A stretch of 64,000 bases of DNA, from positions 422 to 64,421 of the IMG/VR virus record IMGVR_UViG_3300028584_000287; one strand, written 5' to 3'. Positions 37,182-45,458 of this stretch are shown here, piece after piece. A program made the position numbers and the translations under genes. Origin of the DNA: a virus. Under the pieces are notes generated by a model. It saw nothing but the letters and a program-made list of their open reading frames with translations, made no database searches and was not told the DNA's origin. Numbering within the stretch: the first letter of the stretch is position 1; each line of letters opens with the position of its first letter.

Positions 37182-37447
37182 GTACTTTAATTGAAGTACC
37201 TCTATGGGCCTTTCTGATCCTAATTGTTGTTTCATGGCCGGGGTTTTCTTACCTAGGTAATTTCTTCGGTAGAAACATACTTGGTCCTATCCTGCTGTAT
37301 GGGTATTTATTTTTCATAGGGCAGAAGATTTACAGCATAGATAGACACGGAAACAGAACTTATACAAGAGTTCGTTGGTTCCGGTCTATCCACATCTTTC
37401 ACATTCTCGAACGTATTCGAAAAGGTATAAAAAATGAGCGTAGTTAA
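37178..37447 (+). CDS. Membrane protein
   Basis: Two hydrophobic segments. Confidence 0.55.
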   Translation: MSTLIEVPLWAFLILIVVSWPGFSYLGNFFGRNILGPILLYGYLFFIGQKIYSIDRHGNRTYTRVRWFRSIHIFHILERIRKGIKNERS

Positions 37448-37994
37448 AACTTACTGGGCTTTGTCTGAAGAAGCCTCAGTTCCATTCGAGCAAATGGCTT
37501 GTCATTACAACGTAAACCGATTTCAGGCTTATCTAGAGCTTCAGGAGAAGGTTGGTTGTGACTCTATAAACACAAATACCAATGGTTCTATTCTGCTTTC
37601 ATACAATGAAAAGCAAGATCAACCTTGGTTAACTAAACGTCCTGCTTACACTGCAGGAGGGATGTATCATTACTTCCCTAAAGCCAAAACCCCTCAATAT
37701 GATTGGGTTAAAAAAGCTCGGGAAAAAACAAAGGAAGTCCCTGAATTCCAAGCCTACTGTAAAGAGCAGTTCCCTGATTCTGAAGTGTCAATCTTAGGTG
37801 AAGCTCAATCCGGTTCAGGCTTTGCACTGTACCGTACAGCCTTTGGTGTATTAAAAGGTCAATTAGTTATGGTGTTTCCGGTGTTGGTTGAAGATCCAGA
37901 TTACAGCAAAGTACCTGCTGGGTTTGTTGAGCTAACAAACTCACAATACGCTGCCCTTAACAAGGATACTGAAGATGATCCACGGTCTGAATAA
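37434..37994 (+). CDS. Hypothetical protein
   Basis: 186 aa; AAGG RBS. Confidence 0.6.
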   Translation: MSVVKTYWALSEEASVPFEQMACHYNVNRFQAYLELQEKVGCDSINTNTNGSILLSYNEKQDQPWLTKRPAYTAGGMYHYFPKAKTPQYDWVKKAREKTKEVPEFQAYCKEQFPDSEVSILGEAQSGSGFALYRTAFGVLKGQLVMVFPVLVEDPDYSKVPAGFVELTNSQYAALNKDTEDDPRSE

Positions 37995-38439
37995 CGTAGG
38001 GGATAAAGAGCACATTTATCGCCAATATGGTTACACAACCGGAGCCTCGGTAAAACAGTACACCATATCCATGGGTAAAATTTCCATTGGTGCGCCAAGA
38101 AACATAATCATGGAAGATCGTACATGTCCTGTAAGAATTGCCCCTGACGAATTCTTTGACCAACATTCACGTTGTCCCAAGGAATGGATCTATGTACCTG
38201 ATCACATGAACCAAGCAATTAAAATTGGTTCTCCAATGTCCTTTACACCTACAATTACTTTCTGGTGTTTAGCTAAGTACAGTGATGAAGCTCTGCAATG
38301 GGCTTACCAAATCATTGTACAAAACATTGAAGCAAAGTTAGAAGAGGTACGTAATCATAGTGATGATCTCAACACTTACCTAGGAGAATGTAATGCGGAA
38401 CTCTCTCGTAGACTATCTCAACAGCCTTCCGTGGTTTAA
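37975..38439 (+). CDS. Hypothetical protein
   Basis: 154 aa; tiles the operon. Confidence 0.55.
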   Translation: MIHGLNNVGDKEHIYRQYGYTTGASVKQYTISMGKISIGAPRNIIMEDRTCPVRIAPDEFFDQHSRCPKEWIYVPDHMNQAIKIGSPMSFTPTITFWCLAKYSDEALQWAYQIIVQNIEAKLEEVRNHSDDLNTYLGECNAELSRRLSQQPSVV

Positions 38440-38638
38440 AGTCACTGCTGTTGTATTAGATGACAAGCAAGTAGTAGTTAGAGTTACTTGTAATCACTGG
38501 AAAGACAAAGAAGGAAAGTTTATCACCTTTAGATACCCAGAATATCAACCTCACGAAGCCCTCTACAGTAGTCATACAGAGCAGTGGCTTAGTAAGTTAA
38601 CAGGGTATCAGCAAATTACTATCTGGTCCCAGAAGTAG
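38393..38638 (+). CDS. Hypothetical protein
   Basis: GGAG RBS; 81 aa. Confidence 0.55.
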   Translation: MRNSLVDYLNSLPWFKVTAVVLDDKQVVVRVTCNHWKDKEGKFITFRYPEYQPHEALYSSHTEQWLSKLTGYQQITIWSQK

Positions 38639-38692
38639 ATATAAAATGAACCTCCGGTTCCAAAATTGGAACCTCCAAACAGGAAAGTAAAA

Positions 38693-39637
38693 ATGGCAAT
38701 TCAAAATCCTCTTGCTGCTCAGCAAGAAATTACCGACCGTATTCGTCGGTTACTCAATGCTTATATCATGAGCAATTCAGTAATTCGCCCACACTTCTTC
38801 TTAACTGGCCCATCTGGTTCAGGTAAGACAGCGGTAATGGAAATGCTTACCCTTGAGCAGAATATCAAGCTGATCGAAATTAACGCAGCTGCATTGACCA
38901 AGGAAGGCTTATCCGGTAACAGTCTAAGCAAAGCCTTAGCCCCTATCCGTGAAATCCCTGCTGATGGTTTTGGCGTTGTATTTGTCGATGAGTTCGACAA
39001 GTTGTTTATCTCTGGTAATACCAATGGTGAATTGGCTCACGAGTCAACCAATGGTGTACAGAACGAGTTCCTTACTGTTCTGGAAAAAGGTTATACCGCG
39101 ATCTTCGGTGACTATGGTAAATACGTAGAAATGCCTGTAGGTCATTTACTGTTCGTGTTCGCTGGTGCGTTTAACAACGAAACCGGTATCAACCATGAGT
39201 GGTTGCGTAAAGTAGGTGTCAAGACCGAGTTCCTTGGCCGTGTACCGCTAATCTACAATTTACCAAAAATCGAGTTAGCTGACATTTTGGCATTGGTAGA
39301 CAACTACGAGCTGCTGTTACAATACTTCGAGCTGGAAGATACAAGCCCTGCAGATCAGGCTCACATCATCCAAGCTTTAAAGGATAAGCTGACAGCTGAT
39401 TACGAAGTCAATAACCTTGGCATTCGTTACTTAAGTTCGCTTGTACATCAATACTTCATTAATGGAACTTTCGATGATTCCGTTCAAGCTAAAAAACCTA
39501 TCACAAAAGGTTCGTTCAAACGTCCCGCAGCGGCTTCCTCTGCAAAAGATAGTACTGGATCTAAAACTGATGGAGCGAACGCCCCAAGTGATAAAGCTCC
39601 ATTACGCAAACGACTTTCAAAAACACCTAAAGAATAA
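38693..39637 (+). CDS. ClpX/HslU-like AAA+ ATPase
   Basis: GPSGSGKT Walker A, VFVDEFDKL Walker B, GVQNEFL, LFVFAGAF, EFLGRVP. Confidence 0.85.
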   Translation: MAIQNPLAAQQEITDRIRRLLNAYIMSNSVIRPHFFLTGPSGSGKTAVMEMLTLEQNIKLIEINAAALTKEGLSGNSLSKALAPIREIPADGFGVVFVDEFDKLFISGNTNGELAHESTNGVQNEFLTVLEKGYTAIFGDYGKYVEMPVGHLLFVFAGAFNNETGINHEWLRKVGVKTEFLGRVPLIYNLPKIELADILALVDNYELLLQYFELEDTSPADQAHIIQALKDKLTADYEVNNLGIRYLSSLVHQYFINGTFDDSVQAKKPITKGSFKRPAAASSAKDSTGSKTDGANAPSDKAPLRKRLSKTPKE

Positions 39638-39640
39638 GTG

Positions 39641-40043
39641 TTTGTTCCAATGCCATAGCTTTGTAGAAGGTCGGGTACATATACTCGACCTTACTACATT
39701 AGCTGTAAGGCCATTGGATAAATGGGAATTTAATGCCTTTGTGCTATTACCACTTCCCTACGAAATCGTTAACGTAGTCTTTGCAGTAAGACCCAAATCC
39801 AAGACACCTCTACAGCTTGCCTACAGCATCACAGCAATTACCGAACCAACGGTAATAGAAGATGTTGGGGCTGCTGTAAAGCCTCTGTGTGCTGAATTGT
39901 ACGACACTGCCTTCCCTTCATCTAACCAGATCAAAGGGAATGGCCAACTCACGTTTATAAACCAAGATTGTGAAGTAGCTACTGATGACTTCATCTTCAA
40001 CGTGTTCAAAAAATTTAACGCTTGGAGCCAAGCAAATGAATAA
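39641..40043 (+). CDS. Hypothetical protein (start uncertain)
   Basis: Open frame fills the gap between the ClpX-like gene and dUTPase; no clear ATG. Confidence 0.45.
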
Positions 40044-40752
40044 ATTATCCCTTGCTCAAATGACCGTTATGTTGGATCTCCAATATAAATTAAACACTTT
40101 GTCATACCCTAAATGGGTTGAAGATGCCCCAGATTACCTGTTAGCAGGTGCTGTCGAACTCCTTGGCGAAGGTATCGAATATACCCCATGGAAATGGTGG
40201 AAAGCAGGTACGTTACAAAAAGATCGTCTGTTCTTGGAACTGATTGATGCTCTGCACTTCAACATGAGTTCTATGCTGGTTCGTTACAGACAAAGACCTG
40301 CAATAGGTGAAACAGGTCAGGAAGTTACTGTGCGTGTTACTGCTGACCAAATGAGCATCAACAATGATGATTCAGGGCCATTAGAAGATTTCAAAGAAGC
40401 TTGGATACCTCAAGTAATTAAAAGCATTACTCGTAACTTTCTTTCGGAAAGTACCAATACCGGTATGAATTTGCTTTTAAACCTGCTGTACACTCTTGGC
40501 TATACCGGTGACGATATCTTTAAATCGTACATTGGCAAGAACGTGCTCAACACATTCCGTCAAGCCAATGGTTACAAGGCTGGAACCTACGTCAAGATCT
40601 GGGATACCAATCCTGAAGATCCACAGGAAGATAATGACTTCCTTCAGAAGTTCCTTGCCTCAAGTCCTGTAGCACCAGAAGAAATTTATTCTGCTGCTTA
40701 TAACTACTTGACCGTGCGTTACCAGAAGGTACTTGGAAATGAAATCGTTTAA
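40036..40752 (+). CDS. Dimeric (all-alpha) dUTPase
   Basis: PWKWWK, ELIDALHF, YIGKNVLNTFRQANGYKAGTYVKIW motifs. Confidence 0.88.
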   Translation: MNKLSLAQMTVMLDLQYKLNTLSYPKWVEDAPDYLLAGAVELLGEGIEYTPWKWWKAGTLQKDRLFLELIDALHFNMSSMLVRYRQRPAIGETGQEVTVRVTADQMSINNDDSGPLEDFKEAWIPQVIKSITRNFLSESTNTGMNLLLNLLYTLGYTGDDIFKSYIGKNVLNTFRQANGYKAGTYVKIWDTNPEDPQEDNDFLQKFLASSPVAPEEIYSAAYNYLTVRYQKVLGNEIV

Positions 40753-41377
40753 AGTACCTATCGGTAAAGGTAAATTCCGTTGGGTATCTATCTTCAGAGA
40801 TGAAGAGAAATACCCTGACAAAGAGATTGTATTTATTACTTCTCATTCTCTGGAAGTATTAAGCAATACTAATACTCCTGAACTTGATCATGAGATAGAG
40901 AAAGCAGTAAAAGCAAACTCTACTGAAGTTAACTTGGTACATACTACTAATCGTATGTACCAAGAGGTTCAGTCAAGTATTGTATTGGATAAAGGTTACG
41001 TACTAGATATATTACAAGGTACGCTTTATATCTATTTAAACGGGCAAGTATTCTACTTGTCTTTGTTAGTACCTAACATGATGCTAACTACTTTCAAAGT
41101 ATCCCAGTCAACATTGCAAAAGTTTGGTCATCAATGTAGAGTTGCTTCGTACCCTGAAGGAACTTCAATAGTTCTAGATGGTTACGAACCTGAAGACCCA
41201 ATGCCAATGGAAAAAGCCATAGATAAGCCTGTAGATATGAATTATTTTGAACAACTTGTAGCACGCAAGTTTCAAGAGTGTCTCGCATCAAACAGCTTAG
41301 ATCAAGCTTTAACATTGGCAGCAATCTGGGAAAAGCTTCAAGTAATTACAGCCAACAAAATTACCAAAGGAGAGTAA
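40739..41377 (+). CDS. Hypothetical protein
   Basis: About 212 aa; tiles the operon. Confidence 0.6.
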   Translation: MKSFKVPIGKGKFRWVSIFRDEEKYPDKEIVFITSHSLEVLSNTNTPELDHEIEKAVKANSTEVNLVHTTNRMYQEVQSSIVLDKGYVLDILQGTLYIYLNGQVFYLSLLVPNMMLTTFKVSQSTLQKFGHQCRVASYPEGTSIVLDGYEPEDPMPMEKAIDKPVDMNYFEQLVARKFQECLASNSLDQALTLAAIWEKLQVITANKITKGE

Positions 41378-41378
41378 A

Positions 41379-41687
41379 TTGGTTACATCTGATACGTTCT
41401 ACGTTGTAATAACATTAGTTGCACTTGCAGCAGCTTTCTACTACACAATCCATGTACGTAAGCAAAGTGTTGGTTTAGTGGAAAGTATGTGTGGTGCTAC
41501 AATGGAATTGGTTAAATCCATCGACATTCTTGAAGGCAAAATTGCCAGCATTGCTGTCGTCAATCAACGTCAGATCCAGAATCTGGAAACATCGTTGGAA
41601 GCTGCCAAGAAACGAGCCAATGCAGCAGAGTCTAAACTTGCTGCGTTATATTCTGAGAATCCTCAATTGAAAAGAAGACGTTCATGA
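41379..41687 (+). CDS. TM plus coiled-coil protein
   Basis: GGAG RBS, TTG start, N-terminal TM segment. Confidence 0.55.
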   Translation: MVTSDTFYVVITLVALAAAFYYTIHVRKQSVGLVESMCGATMELVKSIDILEGKIASIAVVNQRQIQNLETSLEAAKKRANAAESKLAALYSENPQLKRRRS

Positions 41688-42136
41688 CCCAAGAAGTTGA
41701 ACTTAAATTTGAAGCTCCACAACCGGAGCAGATCGCTAAAAGCATTCGTGAAGGTGTTATGAACAACTTCATCGAACAGCTTGATGTAGCAATTGCTGCC
41801 AAGAGTCCATTCATGGATGCCTTGGTGCAAAGCGGTAACATTACCGTGGGACCAGACAACAAGGTGCTTACTGTATCTGAATACCTTCAGAACGTAATGC
41901 ACACAAGCGTTGACGAAGTTACCTCTAAGATTGGTTTCTGCATGGTGCGTAATGCTCACATGTTTAATATCACTCCTGAAGGTAGTATGGCCCCTGTAGA
42001 AGTTCGTGATGTACTACGAGCTACTTCAAAAGACGGTATTACTAAATACGTAACCGCCAAACTCGTACTAACTGTTGAACCTTCCACCGAAGAAGAAACA
42101 GCTATGGCCGAGAAACGTAACGCAGTGGTTTCTTAA
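41684..42136 (+). CDS. Hypothetical protein
   Basis: 150 aa; ATGA overlap. Confidence 0.65.
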   Translation: MTQEVELKFEAPQPEQIAKSIREGVMNNFIEQLDVAIAAKSPFMDALVQSGNITVGPDNKVLTVSEYLQNVMHTSVDEVTSKIGFCMVRNAHMFNITPEGSMAPVEVRDVLRATSKDGITKYVTAKLVLTVEPSTEEETAMAEKRNAVVS

Positions 42137-42349
42137 CTACGTTGCAATGCCTGTAACCTTATGCAATACTTCTTGCGCGGTTACAGGCAGCATCTACACT
42201 AACTCTAAGTCCCAGACAACTTAACGAGTTCCCCAGTGCCAGTAGGTGTAGATTAGTGGGTTAACAGGTACAATAATTGATAGGTGTGACTTCCTACACA
42301 GCTTTAGTTTTTGCGTTGTCCCTAAAGCAACCTAGGCAATTATCCTAAG

Positions 42350-42378
42350 AACCCTTCCCTAATAAGAAGGGTTTTTTT
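42350..42378 (+). terminator. Intrinsic terminator
   Basis: AACCCTTC-8 nt-GAAGGGTT plus T run. Confidence 0.7.
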
Positions 42379-42385
42379 GTCTTTA

Positions 42386-42398
42386 CCCACTCCGTGGG
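42386..42398 (+). promoter_or_regulatory. vRNAP-type hairpin in front of the ncRNA array
   Basis: CCCAC-TCC-GTGGG, 7 nt after the terminator, the same layout as the early units. Confidence 0.5.
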
Positions 42399-42413
42399 CT
42401 TTTGTGAGAAATA

Positions 42414-42499
42414 CAATCTATTGGTTTGGTGTTTACTCACCTCGACTGTACCAGCTAACGCGCAGCTATCAGGATGTAGACACCAAAGCCAATGGGTTG
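42414..42499 (+). ncRNA. Stem-loop element A of a three-member hairpin array
   Basis: CAATCTATTGGTTTGGTGTTT (42414-34) pairs with AGACACCAAAGCCAATGGGTTG (42478-99). Confidence 0.65.
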
Positions 42500-42584
42500 A
42501 ATACCCAAACATGGCGAATTGCTGGAACTAAACCTCCAGCCAACGGTTGTAGGTGACGATGGTAGATACGGGAACCTTCACTTT

Positions 42585-42712
42585 TAATTCATTAGTCTGG
42601 TGTTTCAGCCCTCGCTTAGGGGCCATAAAAAAGCTTTATCCACATTTAGCAATGGTCGCAACATTCTGTGGTTACATCAGTCTTTATAAGAAACATCAGA
42701 ACTAATGAGTTG
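42585..42712 (+). ncRNA. Stem-loop element B
   Basis: TAATTCATTAGTCTGGTGTTTC (42585-606) pairs with GAAACATCAGAACTAATGAGTTG (42690-712). Confidence 0.65.
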
Positions 42713-42815
42713 AATGCGGCTAAGCGCACGTTGTCGGTTTATGGCCCGCGCTATATAGAACAACAGTAACGTATAACCGTATCGTTACACTGAGAGGCAC
42801 TCAGCAACTCATTAC

Positions 42816-42903
42816 TTAATTCATTAGTTTGGTGTTTTGCTTAGGCGCTTACGGCTTCATTGCGACGGAACCGATAAGCGAGACACCAAAACTAATGAGT
42901 TAA
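42816..42903 (+). ncRNA. Stem-loop element C
   Basis: TTAATTCATTAGTTTGGTGTTTTGCTTA pairs with TAAGCGAGACACCAAAACTAATGAGTTAA. Confidence 0.65.
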
Positions 42904-43281
42904 AAGCCCACAGGTGTCCAGTGAATATTGGACTAATTCATTAACTGGATGACTACGCATCGTAACCAGTATAAACAAAAAGATATGGGACCAGTTTTTT
43001 GGTATGTCCCAAGTACCCCACGGAGGGTAGAGTGGATGTGTAATGCTCTAACGAGCTATGCTTATGCAGCTTCTGCTAAAAACTCTAAAACCAATTTACG
43101 GGGTGGCATGGTGCAGTGTGGCACATTTGGGTTCGATTCCCTTTACCGGTAACATGGCTTTGCAAGGCTATGGCAGACCTATACTAGGAATGGAATGCTG
43201 CTGGTATCTTCTGGCGTGAGACTGCTTAACACTTACGGTTCGAGTCCGTACACTTCACCTTTATTTAACTAAGGAAATCCT

Positions 43282-43458
43282 ATGGTTCCCGAAGATATAA
43301 AACAATGGTATTTATCTAGGGAACCTCAAGATAAAACCGATGAAATCATTGTAGAACTGATCGAAGAAATTCAAGCTCTCGCTGAAGCACTTAAAGAGGC
43401 TAACGAAAATACTGTTATTTGGAAAAAACGATATCAAGAATTTTCATCAAAAATTTAA
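43282..43458 (+). CDS. 58-aa coiled-coil protein
   Basis: AAGGA RBS; MVPEDIKQWYL...; below the track cut-off. Confidence 0.6.
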   Translation: MVPEDIKQWYLSREPQDKTDEIIVELIEEIQALAEALKEANENTVIWKKRYQEFSSKI

Positions 43459-43472
43459 TTAAAGGTGTATCC

Positions 43473-43961
43473 ATGAAAATAGACTGGAAGGTCGTAAGCC
43501 AGTCTGCTGGCTACATTTCAATCAAGAAAGCTTATGCTGCTCAACTATCCAGTGCTAACAGATCTAACCAGAAATGGAAGCACGATAAAAGTTGGAATCT
43601 CGAAGAAGCAAAGAAACGATTTGCTTGGATCATAGCTAGAGCCGTCCATTACGCTTACCACAAGCAGACTACTGTAGATGTTATTCTTAACCAATGGGAA
43701 GAGAAAAGAACGTACAGTTGGGGAAGTTACTACGGGGATCAAACATTTCCTAAGCTTGATAAAAATAGTGAACATGTTGCTCAAAGATCAGCCAAAAGCT
43801 GGGCTTTAAAAGAGTACCCTAACGATCCTGTAAAAAGAAAAGAAAGATATTTTTCTTATCTTTTGAGAGAAGCCCGAGATAAACGTAAGCGTAAGGGTTC
43901 AAAAGCTCGCTGGGATAAATCAACTAGAGAATACCGCAAGCTTATTAAAAGAAGTCCGTAA
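43473..43961 (+). CDS. Basic hypothetical protein
   Basis: AAGGT RBS, ATG at 43473 (MKIDWKVVSQS). Confidence 0.65.
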   Translation: MKIDWKVVSQSAGYISIKKAYAAQLSSANRSNQKWKHDKSWNLEEAKKRFAWIIARAVHYAYHKQTTVDVILNQWEEKRTYSWGSYYGDQTFPKLDKNSEHVAQRSAKSWALKEYPNDPVKRKERYFSYLLREARDKRKRKGSKARWDKSTREYRKLIKRSP

Positions 43962-44337
43962 GTCATTAGCTCGAAGGGAAAACGGGATTCTACGCATCGT
44001 GTTGTGACGATGTACGAATTTCAAGTACTCGATTAGGGGAGGAAGTTACGTTAAACACAAATAATACGTAACTATGCCTCTTAGTGCTGACCCCAAAACC
44101 ATCCTGCCCGTCAACCCGAGGGGCTAACGAGACATCTGTTCTAATGACAGGGTTGGGCAGGATACCTATTAATTACGAGGTAAAAAGTAATGATACATGA
44201 AAAGTTATTAGAAGAATTTGATCAGATAGATGAGGAAATGTTTAATCATTCCACCAAATATTTACTAGAGGTGATTAACTCCAGTAAATACTCATCTAGT
44301 TTACGCGAATGGTTTTAAAACCCAACCTATTATCTAC

Positions 44338-45312
44338 TTGAATAAACTGGAACAATCTAAGGTAGAAGATCTGTACGATGCGCTACCTCATCCAACTGAA
44401 GTAGATGATAAACTGCGTACTCCTGTAAGCTATAAAACATCAGTAATACCTTATTCTCAACAAAAGCCCGGTTTCGGTAAACTTTGTTTAGTTAGAATTT
44501 TCTACTACGGGTTGGATTATTTTATCCAACAAGATGTACCTCTTACTTGGAAAGGGTTTACTTCCCATTTAGAAAAAGAAGCACCATCGTATCCACTAGA
44601 TAAGCTTCCTTTCCTCAATTACGAGTACCACCCTGATACCATAGCTGCAGCCCAACAAGCAGTGGGAGAATGGACTTCAGACCATAACTACTACATAAAT
44701 GTAGAGAACTGGTTTAAGAAGGGAAAGTATAAAACTTTCGTTATGCGTGAAAGAGGTAATATTCTTAGGGAGTTTCCTTCCAAGCTTGATACCAATTTTG
44801 CAACTTGGCGTAGTTATAGCCCTAAAGAAGATTGGGATGGCTTTTCCGAGTTATGCTGTCAAATGGCTTTCAACTATTACGCTGAGGAATTCCTTAACCT
44901 GTTACTGCCATTCGATCACAACATAAAACGTAAGCACGATCCAAAAGAACATGCCCATGAACTCGCCATGATTATTGGGGTAGATATGTCTAATACCCCA
45001 GACGAATCACTTTTAATTCAAATTAACCAGCATTTTGAAAATGCTAACATTCACTTTAGAAAGGTAGAAAACGATATGAATACTTTAGACGCATACAAAG
45101 ATGTTCCTTCAGCTCAAGTACAACTGATCCATGGTAAGCCAGCGGATAAGTACACTGAAGCTGAGCTGATGAGCCTTATCCGTAACGCTCGCAAAGCTCA
45201 AGACGATATTCGTGATCTGGTTAATACCAGTGCCCGTGTCAAAGCGAAGCACGAAGCTCTTGAAGCAAACATCGTAGTATATGTAGCTGCTTTAGACGCA
45301 TTGGCTGAATAG
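44338..45312 (+). CDS. Hypothetical protein (start uncertain)
   Basis: 324 aa open frame; weak TTG start. Confidence 0.55.
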   Translation: MNKLEQSKVEDLYDALPHPTEVDDKLRTPVSYKTSVIPYSQQKPGFGKLCLVRIFYYGLDYFIQQDVPLTWKGFTSHLEKEAPSYPLDKLPFLNYEYHPDTIAAAQQAVGEWTSDHNYYINVENWFKKGKYKTFVMRERGNILREFPSKLDTNFATWRSYSPKEDWDGFSELCCQMAFNYYAEEFLNLLLPFDHNIKRKHDPKEHAHELAMIIGVDMSNTPDESLLIQINQHFENANIHFRKVENDMNTLDAYKDVPSAQVQLIHGKPADKYTEAELMSLIRNARKAQDDIRDLVNTSARVKAKHEALEANIVVYVAALDALAE

Positions 45313-45322
45313 CCTTTGCAAC

Positions 45323-45398
45323 GCTCCATAAGCTAATGTGGTAATAGCATTCGACTCATAATCGAAAGGACAGAGTTCGATTCTCTGGTGGAGCACCA
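45323..45398 (+). tRNA. tRNA with anticodon CAT, probably Ile2 (lysidine type) rather than Met
   Basis: 76-nt cloverleaf: GCTCCAT/GTGGAGC acceptor, TTCGA-CTCATAA-TCGAA anticodon arm, GTTCGATTC T loop, encoded CCA; C4-G69 and C5-G68 present. Confidence 0.92.
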
Positions 45399-45408
45399 TT
45401 TCCAAACT

Positions 45409-45433
45409 AAGCTGCTTAATTGCAGCTTTTTTT
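45409..45433 (+). terminator. Terminator after the tRNA
   Basis: AAGCTGC-TTAATT-GCAGCTT plus T run. Confidence 0.75.
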
Positions 45434-45458
45434 CATTTAACTTTAACTAGGAAAACAC

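Noticed and set aside
39600-39660. Programmed frameshift from the ClpX-like gene into the downstream ORF
   Set aside because: The downstream frame is +1 relative to the ClpX-like gene and has no convincing slippery heptamer or stimulator; a coupled TTG start is simpler.
42414-42903. Hairpin array as integron attC cassettes (two 3' arms end in GTTGAAT, fitting GTTRRRY)
   Set aside because: The left arms read AAT rather than AAC, so the bottom strand would carry a C.A mismatch. The G.T pairs fit only the top strand, the elements do not flank ORFs, and there is no integrase.
42414-42943. Hairpin array as a CRISPR mini-array
   Set aside because: The repeats alternate in orientation (inverted arms), intervening lengths vary from about 30 to 100 nt, and there are no cas genes.
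42949-43152. 67-aa ORF from the track
   Set aside because: No RBS, and it overlaps a run of hairpins and a T-loop element; likely spurious.
43960-44030. Possible tRNA-His (GTG in a loop)
   Set aside because: The loop is 6 nt, and there is no canonical T loop or acceptor stem.
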